Shown in pieces: positions 1-6,900 of a DNA stretch of 24,000 nucleotides. The stretch's first letter is position 1, and the number at the start of each line of letters is the position of its first letter. Below the pieces are notes generated by a model. That model saw only the letters and a list, made by a program, of their open reading frames with translations, ran no database searches and was not told where the DNA came from. The DNA comes from Promethearchaeota archaeon (GTDB lineage: Archaea; Asgardarchaeota; Lokiarchaeia; Sigyniarchaeales; SOKP01). Position numbers and translations under genes: made by a program. The stretch is from positions 146,941-170,940 of the forward strand of contig JAUVNS010000005.1 of NCBI GenBank assembly GCA_030599585.1, given 5' to 3'.

Positions 1-900
1 AAACCAGACATGCAAACTGCTAGCAACGCAATTAGTAAATCAATAGGAGAGAAGGCTTTTTTAAGAGAAAAACAAAGAGAAAGCGATCTGAGTAGAATGC
101 ATATCAAACCAGACTTTATGAAAACGGGTGAAGCGATAAGTAAAACAATAGCCGAAAAAGCTTTTAGAATTGAGAAAAAAAAAGAGACCCAGCACAAAAA
201 AATGGAACTACATCCAGATATTGAAGGTAAAGGAGAGGCAATAAAGGAATCTATTAACGAAAAAGCATTTAGGATTGATATGCAAAAGGATAGAGAAAGA
301 AAAATAAAAGAGTTAAATCCAGATATTAGCAAAGCTGGAGAATCCATTGCCCAATCTATTGGAACAAAGGCCTTTTTACGCGAAACGCGCAGAGAAAAGG
401 ATCATGAGAGAATAGATTTGAAACCAGATTTTATGAAAACTGGAGACGCAATTAGCGCTACAGTAGCTGAAAAAGCCTTTAGAATGGAAAAAAGTCGCGA
501 AATTGACGAAAAAAAACATGACCTAAAACCTGATATAAAAAAAACTGCAGAATTAATTAGCAAATCTATACAAGAAAAAGCGTTTTTACGAGAAAAACAC
601 AGAGCCGAGGATTCTAAACGTATGGAAATAAAACCAGACATAACAAAAGCAAGTCAAGCCATTAAATCTTCAATTGACGAAAAGGCTTTTAGAATTGAGA
701 AGCAAAAAGAGATGGACCATAAAAGAATGGAATTAAAACCGGACTTTGAGAAATCCAGTGACGCTATTCAAAAAACAATAGGGGAAAAAGCATTTATTAT
801 CGAAAAACAAAAAACTCGCGATTCTGAACTAATAGAGCTTAAACCAGATATTAAAGGTATCAGTTCTTTAATCGAAGGAAAAATTGAAAAAATTGAACAG
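1..900 (+). repeat. Coding tandem repeat, exact 105-nt period, 9 unit starts
   Basis: The K-P-D codon triplet (aaaccagac and variants catccagat, aatccagat, aaacctgat, aaaccggac) starts at 1, 106, 211, 316, 421, 526, 631, 736 and 841. The period is always 105 nt with no indels. Copies are diverged at nucleotide level, and the last unit is degenerate. Confidence 0.9.
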
Positions 901-927
901 AAGAAAAAGGACGAGAATACTACATAA
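1..927 (+). CDS. 5'-truncated tandem-repeat protein (about 8.5 copies of a 35-aa K/E-rich, Pro-punctuated unit); function unknown
   Basis: Frame 1 is open from base 1 (aaa cca gac atg = K P D M). The ORF-track ATG at 10 is therefore internal and the gene continues upstream of the window. The unit KPD[FI]xKxxxAIxxSIxEKAF[RLI]xEKxxExxxxxxxL recurs every 35 aa. Stop TAA at 925-927. Confidence 0.75.
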   Translation, partial: KPDMQTASNAISKSIGEKAFLREKQRESDLSRMHIKPDFMKTGEAISKTIAEKAFRIEKKKETQHKKMELHPDIEGKGEAIKESINEKAFRIDMQKDRERKIKELNPDISKAGESIAQSIGTKAFLRETRREKDHERIDLKPDFMKTGDAISATVAEKAFRMEKSREIDEKKHDLKPDIKKTAELISKSIQEKAFLREKHRAEDSKRMEIKPDITKASQAIKSSIDEKAFRIEKQKEMDHKRMELKPDFEKSSDAIQKTIGEKAFIIEKQKTRDSELIELKPDIKGISSLIEGKIEKIEQKKKDENTT

Positions 928-958
928 AGATTGAAATCTTCTCTACTCTTATCTAAAG

Positions 959-1462
959 CTATAAATGGACATCAAATTTGAATAAAGTATTTAAATTCAT
1001 ATTTTCTAATCTTTTTTTATATTGTAGAATTGAAGGATCTACATTTCCATTAAAATTCCTTATTGCAGACTCGAATCTATAGTAAAAATCTTCCATAATT
1101 TGATGTAAAATTACTCTCTCTACTTGTAAATTGGTTTTCTTCGAAATCGCAATCACTGACAATCGCCCTCTCCTTTCGTATAAAATTCTACTCTCCTTAA
1201 AATTCACTTCTTGAATCTCGTCGTTCACTGATTCAGGTTTAATCTCGCTAATAAAAAGATTAAGCGCATTAAGAAAACCACTTATCAAATCTTCATGAGA
1301 CGAAAATCTAGAGTTGTGCGTATATTTTTTGCTAAGCAGTAAAGAACCCGATACATTGTCTAAGAAGTAAATTGCGTGAAAACGATTAACATCTAAATTA
1401 ATCTTTTCTAAATTAAATCCATACGACTTCTCTATATTTTTATTAATCCATCTATTCGACAT
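959..1462 (-). CDS. Hypothetical protein, possible longin/roadblock-like small alpha/beta domain
   Basis: 167-aa ORF with an ATG start. The residue pattern suggests beta-beta-alpha-beta-beta-alpha: AIYFLD / LLLSKKY / DLISGFLNALNLFISEI / EVNFKESRILYERR / LSVIAISKK / VERVILHQIMEDFYYRF. That resembles longin/roadblock-type regulatory domains. Fold assignment is by eye only. Confidence 0.45.
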   Translation of the reverse strand: MSNRWINKNIEKSYGFNLEKINLDVNRFHAIYFLDNVSGSLLLSKKYTHNSRFSSHEDLISGFLNALNLFISEIKPESVNDEIQEVNFKESRILYERRGRLSVIAISKKTNLQVERVILHQIMEDFYYRFESAIRNFNGNVDPSILQYKKRLENMNLNTLFKFDVHL

Positions 1463-1712
1463 CTTTCGACTGCTTTCTAACCTAAAACTATTCCTATTAA
1501 AAAATGAAAACGATTACGATTTAAAATGTAAATATTATCTTAGTGACATATAAATAGTTTTTTTAGCTAGTTGAAGCTTAATCCAATTAATATTGCGCTT
1601 AACTGGGTAGTTTGAGTTAAAATGATAGAAAAACTTTTCAAGAAAAACCTAAAAATTTAAAATAAAATCATTTTATTATTAGACATATACTATTCTTATC
1701 ACATTTTAATTT

Positions 1713-2189
1713 TTGATGAATATGGGTCTAAATAACAACCACGGAAAACAAAAAAATAAAATTTCTATTGGTAAAATCCTATCAAGAGAGGATTTTAATT
1801 CCACTATTTTTCCAGAGGAGGTTAAAGCGGAAATCAACCAGACTCCTTATTACTTGCTAATTTTCATTTCTCGCGAAGATTCAATAAAAATTAGCTGCTT
1901 TCCTACTAATACGAATGAGATAAAAAAAATTCTCATTAAGTTAATTGAGTTCTCGCCCGATCTAGTGAAGGGAATATCGACCGTACTTAACGATCTTGGT
2001 TTAAGTAAAGATATTCTGCATACTACCGGAATTTGTTATGAGTTGGAAACTTGCTTCTATGAAACCTATCTATTAGGAGACACTCTAAAATCGAAGAAAA
2101 TGTCTATGGACCTTATAAAAGAAAAATTCCTCGCAATTGAGAAAATTGTTAATGTCTCAATAGAAGATATTCCAATTCATAACGAATAG
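1713..2189 (+). CDS. Hypothetical protein with ACT-like C-terminal half
   Basis: 158-aa ORF. The ORF-track start is TTG 1713, but an ATG follows immediately at 1716 and is the more likely start. The C-terminal part (ILIKLIEF-SPDLVKGISTVLNDLGL-DILHTTGICYE-TCFYETYLLGD-MSMDLIKEKFLAIEK-IVNVSIEDI) has a beta-alpha-beta-beta-alpha-beta pattern typical of ACT domains. It lies 11 nt upstream of the next gene, so it is a probable operon partner. Confidence 0.4.
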   Translation: MMNMGLNNNHGKQKNKISIGKILSREDFNSTIFPEEVKAEINQTPYYLLIFISREDSIKISCFPTNTNEIKKILIKLIEFSPDLVKGISTVLNDLGLSKDILHTTGICYELETCFYETYLLGDTLKSKKMSMDLIKEKFLAIEKIVNVSIEDIPIHNE

Positions 2190-2200
2190 ACTTCTTATAA

Positions 2201-2419
2201 ATGAGCAATAAAAAATTACACCCTCCCTCAATTTTACCTCCTTCTTTTACCGCATCAAGTAAGTTTTGCCTGTTTCATAAGGGTGATTTGTCAGAAGATA
2301 TTTATACTTGTCCTAAGTGTAAAATTATATATTGCCCAGAATGCGTAAAAAAGCTCAGGCTGATAGGAAATCGTGTATTAAATGTAAACAGATCGTTTTA
2401 CTCTAGTTATTGTAAATGA
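2201..2419 (+). CDS. Small zinc-finger protein (CxxH / CxxC / CxxC ...), possibly frameshifted at 2347-2353
   Basis: The zero frame gives 72 aa with C23-x2-H26-x10-C37-x2-C40-x4-C45-x2-C48, followed by a Cys-poor tail. The -1 frame after the A6 run reads KKAQADRKSCIKCKQIVLL*, adds C-x2-C after a 10-residue spacer and stops at 2404-2406. The true 3' end is therefore uncertain. Confidence 0.6.
   Translation: MSNKKLHPPSILPPSFTASSKFCLFHKGDLSEDIYTCPKCKIIYCPECVKKLRLIGNRVLNVNRSFYSSYCK
2347..2353 (+). other. In-phase A_AAA_AAG heptamer (candidate -1 frameshift site, or a homopolymer indel error)
   Basis: Codon phase from ATG 2201 is gtA AAA AAG, which is X_XXY_YYZ in the correct register. The functional status is unknown. 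Confidence 0.3.
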
Positions 2420-2835
2420 TCCTCCTCAAGTGAACCTGTTCTTATTGAACTCAAACTACGCCACGCCTTCCAAAAAATTAACCATAATATGATAAATATA
2501 AATAGAGTTGTAGCGAAAGTGTAACCTCCAATAAAAAGATCAACAATAATTAAAAACGGGATACCTGCAATCGCAAATCCTATCAAATAACCATACCCCC
2601 AATACCTGTTAACTAAGGCTATTATTATTCCCGGAATCATCGTTGTGAATATGATTGAAAGAAACGCTAAAACTTCAATTGAGCGAGGAGCATCTTGTAT
2701 GAACGTCATATTTACCCAAGATGCTACAAAACCAATTACTACAAACAATAAAGTCCACACATTTATACTTAAATCTTTCTCCGCCTTATCTCGATCGTTT
2801 CGATTTGATTCTGTTTTTTTCTCCAACAATGTCAC
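2407..2835 (-). CDS. Small integral membrane protein (4 predicted TM helices)
   Basis: 142-aa ORF with a GTG start (plus-strand cac at 2833-2835). Four hydrophobic stretches of about 20 aa: WTLLFVVIGFVASWV, VLAFLSIIFTTMIPGIIIALV, YLIGFAIAGIPFLIIVDLFIGG, FATTLFIFIILWLIFW. The N-terminus is charged. Confidence 0.7.
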   Translation of the reverse strand: MTLLEKKTESNRNDRDKAEKDLSINVWTLLFVVIGFVASWVNMTFIQDAPRSIEVLAFLSIIFTTMIPGIIIALVNRYWGYGYLIGFAIAGIPFLIIVDLFIGGYTFATTLFIFIILWLIFWKAWRSLSSIRTGSLEEDHLQ

Positions 2836-3130
2836 TTCTTACCAAACAATTAAAAAAAAATAAATTCTTTTAAGTTGTAAAAGATAATTCTCATTATAAA
2901 AAATATTTGACGATTGAATAACTGAAAATTAGGTAACTTTTAGTTAGAAAAGGGTAAGACCCTTTAAATTCCGACAAAAGTTTCAAAATATTGTCAATTC
3001 TTTTAAATAAGACTAAAGATATTAGTATAATAAGATAAAAATTTATATGTGTAAAACATATAATAATCGTTGAAGATAAAGATTTAAATATTAAACAAAA
3101 CAAATTTAAAAAAAATATAAGATTTAAAAA

Positions 3131-3274
3131 AATAAAATAGGGATTTTATAAAAAATCATGACTCCTGCCCCGCCCTGGATTTTTGTCTTTTGGTAGTGTG
3201 TAATACACACTCATTTCGCCCTCCTCCCCCTATTTTATTTCTGACCTTCTTATTAGGTCTTGGTGGCAGGAGTC
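3131..3274. ncRNA. Candidate structured non-coding RNA of unknown class (GC-rich island with interleaved inverted repeats)
   Basis: Perfect 12-bp inverted repeat aataaaataggg (3131-3142) / ccctattttatt (3228-3239). Perfect 10-bp inverted repeat gactcctgcc (3160-3169) / ggcaggagtc (3265-3274). Internal hairpins at 3195-3211 (7 bp) and 3243-3259 (5 bp). Hand count for 3160-3274 is 55 G+C out of 115, against very AT-rich flanks. There is no ORF. Strand is undetermined. Confidence 0.45.
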
Positions 3275-3722
3275 TCCCTTTATTATACCTGAAAAAATTA
3301 AAAAAAAAGATATATTTAGTAGGTTAATTTTCAGTTGGTGAATATGGAATATAAAGGTTACACTGAAATTAACCGGTAAGTTTTCATTTTTTACCAGTAG
3401 TTTTTAAATAAAAACACATTTCATAAGATTTAATTATAGAGATAACTAAAGTAAGAAACGCCTCCTTCTGTTTCGTTTTTTCAATAATTATAACTATAAA
3501 TAATCTTTCACTCAAATTACGTTATTTTTATGTGTAGCTTAACTAGAAAATTTTGAAGTAGAAAAAGTAGAAGAAAAGGATTGCCTTTTAGATGTAAAAG
3601 CGTTCTTTTTTTATTCGATAATACTTAAAATACTATTAATTTTCTTATAAAATTAAAATAGAATAACGTGTTATTTGATCAAATTGTTATTTAAATAAAA
3701 TAAATCGTAAAAATTAACGAAA

Positions 3723-5432
3723 TTGAAACTTATGACAGAAGATATTATAAGACGGACAACGAGTATTTGCCCAGAATGCTTACAACCCATTCCAGCGGAG
3801 ATCTATGTTGATCCAGAAACTAATTGGGTCATGATGAGAAAAGATTGCAAGGAACACGGGCATTTTAAAGACAAACTTTCCATCGATCCAGATGAATACA
3901 AATGGGGCGAAACTTTCACTGACGACATAGGATCTACAGTCGATAACTCTACTAAACCTGAATATGTTAGTTCAGGTTTAAAGGAGTGTGTTGAAGGCTG
4001 TCCATACGATTGTGGCCTCTGTGAAAATCATAAAAGCGCACCTAATATATGCCTAATCGATATTACAAATCGCTGTAACTTAACCTGCCCAATTTGTTTT
4101 GCTAACGCAAGCGCGAAAGGGTATGTTGTAGAACCTACGCTCGAACAAGTCTTCCAAATAATGGAACATTTCAGGTCAATGAAACCTGTTCCAGCAGTTA
4201 TGCTCCAAATATCTGGGGGAGAACCTACGATCAGAGATGATCTTCCAGACATCATCCGGGAAGGAAAAAGACTCGGTTTCTCTGAAGTAATGGTTACAAC
4301 TAACGGTATAAGGTTCGCCAAATCGATTGACTTTTTAACGAAGTGCAAAGACGCGGGAATGGATGCCATCTATTTACAATTTGATGCAACTGACGATCCT
4401 GAAGCTTGGAAAAAGGTTCGTGGCGTTAATTTATGGCCGTTAAAGAAACGTGTTATTGAAAACTGTCGCAAAATTGGATATTTTGGTTTAATGCTAGTTC
4501 CTGTTATAGCCAAAGGAGTTAACGACCACGAAGTCGGAAACATTTTAGACTTTGCTAAGAATAATAGCGACGTGGTTTCTGGAGTAATTTTCCAGCCAGT
4601 CTCACTTTGTGGACGGATCAGTTTTGAAGAACTGATGGATTTAAGATATACAACCTCAGACCTCAAAGTAGCAATAAATAAACACACAAACAATGCTATT
4701 GAAAAATTCTATCCTATCGCAACTACAGCAAAAATGACCCGTTTATTAGCTTGGTTTGATAACATGCCCGAATTTGGTATGACGAGCCATAAAGATTGTG
4801 GGTTTGCCACAATACTCATCGTTAACGATAAAGACGAATGGGAATCCCTCGATGATTATTTTGACGCAGAAGGACTTATTAAGTGGTCAAACAAGGTTTA
4901 TGACATGGTTCAAGGAAAAGAAGTCCCAAAACCAACTGGGTTCTTAAAAGGTATAAACTTGCAAGATTTCGGGGCTGTAGCTAGTACTGTAGGGAAATTC
5001 ATAGACGAAATGACTGATTTAGGATATCGGCAAATGATGAAAGCTTATTATTTTGCTGGAGGAATTAAGTTCGTAAAACATCCAGAAAAAATCTTAACGA
5101 GTAAAACCTACCAGAGTTTTGCACGAGTTATCGCTTCCCCGAACTTAGCAAGCGCCGCGAACTTCCTTCATAACAAGAATCTAATGATCTCAGCTATGCA
5201 CTTTCAAGATGCCTACAACTTCGATTTGGACAGAGTTTGTAGATGTTTAGTCCATTATGGTGTAGTAGATCCAGAAGACAACACAAAAACATTGGAGATA
5301 CCATTTTGTGCTATGAATACACTACACAGGGAAAGAATTGAACTTGCAAACGCCATTAAAGGCGAGGAAGCTAAAAAAGCCGAAGTTATTCAAGCAGAAA
5401 TTAAAGAGCTTTTAGAAACCGTAAAACAATAA
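3723..5432 (+). CDS. Radical SAM enzyme with N-terminal zinc ribbon; MJ0619 / tetraether-lipid-synthase (Tes, GDGT-MAS)-like family candidate
   Basis: Radical SAM CxxxCxxC motif in RCNLTCPICFAN. An additional Cys cluster GCPYDCGLCENH lies just upstream. The N-terminal CPEC...C..H forms a zinc-ribbon pattern, and GGEPT is a SAM-binding glycine-rich motif. The ORF-track start is TTG 3723, but ATG at 3732 is the more likely start. The Tes-like assignment rests on recalled family architecture, not a search. Confidence 0.85.
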   Translation: MKLMTEDIIRRTTSICPECLQPIPAEIYVDPETNWVMMRKDCKEHGHFKDKLSIDPDEYKWGETFTDDIGSTVDNSTKPEYVSSGLKECVEGCPYDCGLCENHKSAPNICLIDITNRCNLTCPICFANASAKGYVVEPTLEQVFQIMEHFRSMKPVPAVMLQISGGEPTIRDDLPDIIREGKRLGFSEVMVTTNGIRFAKSIDFLTKCKDAGMDAIYLQFDATDDPEAWKKVRGVNLWPLKKRVIENCRKIGYFGLMLVPVIAKGVNDHEVGNILDFAKNNSDVVSGVIFQPVSLCGRISFEELMDLRYTTSDLKVAINKHTNNAIEKFYPIATTAKMTRLLAWFDNMPEFGMTSHKDCGFATILIVNDKDEWESLDDYFDAEGLIKWSNKVYDMVQGKEVPKPTGFLKGINLQDFGAVASTVGKFIDEMTDLGYRQMMKAYYFAGGIKFVKHPEKILTSKTYQSFARVIASPNLASAANFLHNKNLMISAMHFQDAYNFDLDRVCRCLVHYGVVDPEDNTKTLEIPFCAMNTLHRERIELANAIKGEEAKKAEVIQAEIKELLETVKQ

Positions 5433-5435
5433 TCG

Positions 5436-5442
5436 TTTTTTT
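5436..5442 (+). terminator. Oligo-T tract (T7), archaeal-type terminator candidate
   Basis: T7 begins 4 nt after the TAA stop of the radical SAM gene (5430-5432). Confidence 0.45.
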
Positions 5443-5575
5443 AAATTTTAATCTTATTTTATTATTTATTTTTTCTTCATTTTTAAGAAATTAAAGAATA
5501 GCTTCCTAACAAATAGTATTTAAATTCGGACTCTTATTTATTAGATATATAAGGTAGTAGTTTTATTCAGATTTT

Positions 5576-6163
5576 ATGGTAAGCAATACGGATATAATAG
5601 GGGAATATCGGGGAACAGTCAAAAACAGGGTTTTAACTGCGTTATTGCAGTCTTATATGGATAACTTAGATTACGATGGGATGAAATCGATTTTAAAGGA
5701 AGCGGGGCTCTTAGAACTGAAAGATATACGAGATGTAGATCCAGAGGGGGAAATCGACTTTTTTTCGTTTAAAAAGATTATATCTGCTCAAAATTGTTTG
5801 CTGTACGATTCAACTGATTTATTATCTGAAATTGGGAGAAAATTCTCATTTTACTTGTTCCCTTTTGGAAAAGTTTTCGAAGAGATTGTCGAAGAGATTA
5901 ATAAAATGGTTGTTACTGATTGGCAAGTCAAAATTGTGGAAAATAGAGCTGAATCCGTCATCATTCGGGTTGATAAATGTATTTTTTGTTCGGAAATCGG
6001 AGTTTCCTGCGAGTTGTTTAAGAGTTTTTTGATTCATTCGTTAGAAAAAAGTTTGCCTTCTGATTATCGAGTAGTTTCCTACGAAACGAAAGAAAATATT
6101 ACTAATCCTAATCATAATTCTTTTATTTTGAAATTACGAATTGAGAAAACATTTATATCATAA
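5576..6163 (+). CDS. V4R-like (4-vinyl reductase / Bet3-fold) domain protein
   Basis: 195-aa ORF with an ATG start. It has an N-terminal helical region. The C-terminal block WQVKIVENRAESVIIRVDKCIFCSEIGVSCELFKSFLIHSLEKSL...YRVVSYE...FILKLRI matches the V4R layout (C-x-f-C ... C-x-x-f-x-x-f-l). It lacks the distal Cys pair seen in the clearer paralogue at 19349-19840. Confidence 0.5.
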   Translation: MVSNTDIIGEYRGTVKNRVLTALLQSYMDNLDYDGMKSILKEAGLLELKDIRDVDPEGEIDFFSFKKIISAQNCLLYDSTDLLSEIGRKFSFYLFPFGKVFEEIVEEINKMVVTDWQVKIVENRAESVIIRVDKCIFCSEIGVSCELFKSFLIHSLEKSLPSDYRVVSYETKENITNPNHNSFILKLRIEKTFIS

Positions 6164-6253
6164 AATAACGAAAGCTTATATATATCAAAAATCAAGATAC
6201 TTTTTGTTATTATTAATTCAATTTTAAAAATCATAACTTAATTATTATTAAAA

Positions 6254-6817
6254 TTGCCAGCAGAAGGACTTTCCACCGAAGCTAAGGAATATGTATTCAA
6301 GATAACAATTCTTGGACAAAGTGCCGTTGGTAAAACTTCATTAATTAATCAATTTGTGGAGGGCTCGTTTCAGGAAGATTATAAACCAACACTCGGCGCA
6401 AATATAATCCGAAAAGATGTTAATATAGGAGAGGTCAACGCTAAAGTTCGATTAATTATGTGGGACTTAGCGGGTCAAGAGAAATACAATGTGATACGAA
6501 GTATGTATTTTCAAGGATGTGTTGGGAGTCTACTCGTGTATGATGTCACTCGTCACGAGAGTTTTGCTGCGATTGAATCTAAATGGCTTAAAGATTTCAA
6601 AAACTACGTGAAAAAAGAGGGCGCTTACATTTTAATCGGCAATAAAGTCGATCTAGACGACGAACGAGTCGTCAGTAAAGAAGAGGGTGAAAAATTAGCT
6701 AAACAAATCGGTGCAAGTGTTTTTGTTGAAACCAGCGCTAGATTGGGAAAAAATGTAGAAGAAGCCTTCAAAAGTCTAGTATACCAAATTTTACGAAATT
6801 ATGGAGAAAAAATATAA
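6254..6817 (+). CDS. Ras-superfamily small GTPase, Rab-like
   Basis: G1 GQSAVGKTS, switch I YKPTLGANI, G3 WDLAGQE, G4 GNKVDL, G5 ETSARLG. TTG start at 6254, with no in-frame ATG before G1. There is no C-terminal Cys prenylation motif (ends RNYGEKI). Confidence 0.9.
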   Translation: MPAEGLSTEAKEYVFKITILGQSAVGKTSLINQFVEGSFQEDYKPTLGANIIRKDVNIGEVNAKVRLIMWDLAGQEKYNVIRSMYFQGCVGSLLVYDVTRHESFAAIESKWLKDFKNYVKKEGAYILIGNKVDLDDERVVSKEEGEKLAKQIGASVFVETSARLGKNVEEAFKSLVYQILRNYGEKI

Positions 6818-6851
6818 GGACGCTTAATTAAATAAGAAATCTCCATTTCAG

Positions 6852-6859
6852 TTTTTTTT
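6852..6859 (+). terminator. Oligo-T tract (T8), terminator candidate
   Basis: T8 lies 35 nt downstream of the GTPase stop codon. Confidence 0.4.
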
Positions 6860-6900
6860 AATTACAAATCATTATTATAATTATAAATTGTTTTTATTAA

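Noticed and set aside
402-641. 79-aa antisense ORF inside the repeat-protein gene
   Set aside because: It lies entirely antisense to a clearly periodic coding repeat. Its low-complexity S/F/I-rich translation is a by-product of the K/E-rich sense codons.
2645-2863. Plus-strand ORF overlapping the membrane-protein gene, together with similar shadow ORFs at 5832-6037, 8849-9049, 10885-11067, 11527-11712, 12147-12350, 12781-12966, 20622-20816 and 22410-22733
   Set aside because: All are nested in, or antisense to, longer ORFs with strong family motifs. None has a motif of its own.
2948-3063. Small AT-rich hairpins (aaagggt/acccttt at 2949-2965; ttatatgt/acatataa at 3043-3063)
   Set aside because: They are short, and such stems are expected by chance in very AT-rich DNA. 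They have no associated transcript boundary evidence.
2894-3103. 69-aa minus-strand ORF in the long intergenic region
   Set aside because: The sequence is extremely AT-rich and the translation is I/L/F/K low complexity with no motif. It is most likely a chance ORF.
3160-3274. The GC-rich element as tRNA-Sec, a SECIS element or a MITE
   Set aside because: There is no T-arm (GTTCRANNC-like) or cloverleaf. It does not lie in the 3' UTR of any ORF, and the G/C-rich stretches cannot pair into a SECIS-type helix. There are no flanking target-site duplication and no second copy in the window to support a mobile element.
3221-3469. CCUCCU (16S 3'-end-like, anti-SD mimic) motifs at ~3222-3227 and 3461-3466 as evidence for an SD-sequestering sRNA
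   Set aside because: The same hexamer also occurs in coding sequence elsewhere in the window (for example near 2227 and 8471). Two occurrences are not statistically meaningful without a genome-wide count, so I keep this only as a remark.
2836-3722. The long AT-rich intergenic region as a replication origin (inverted repeats as ORB-like boxes)
   Set aside because: There is no adjacent orc1/cdc6 gene. I found no repeated ORB/mini-ORB-like consensus. The inverted repeats flank the most GC-rich part rather than an AT-rich unwinding element.
4028-4693. Two consecutive antisense ORFs (113 and 107 aa) within the radical SAM gene
   Set aside because: The sense strand carries unambiguous radical SAM motifs. 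The antisense translations have no motifs and no independent start or terminator context.
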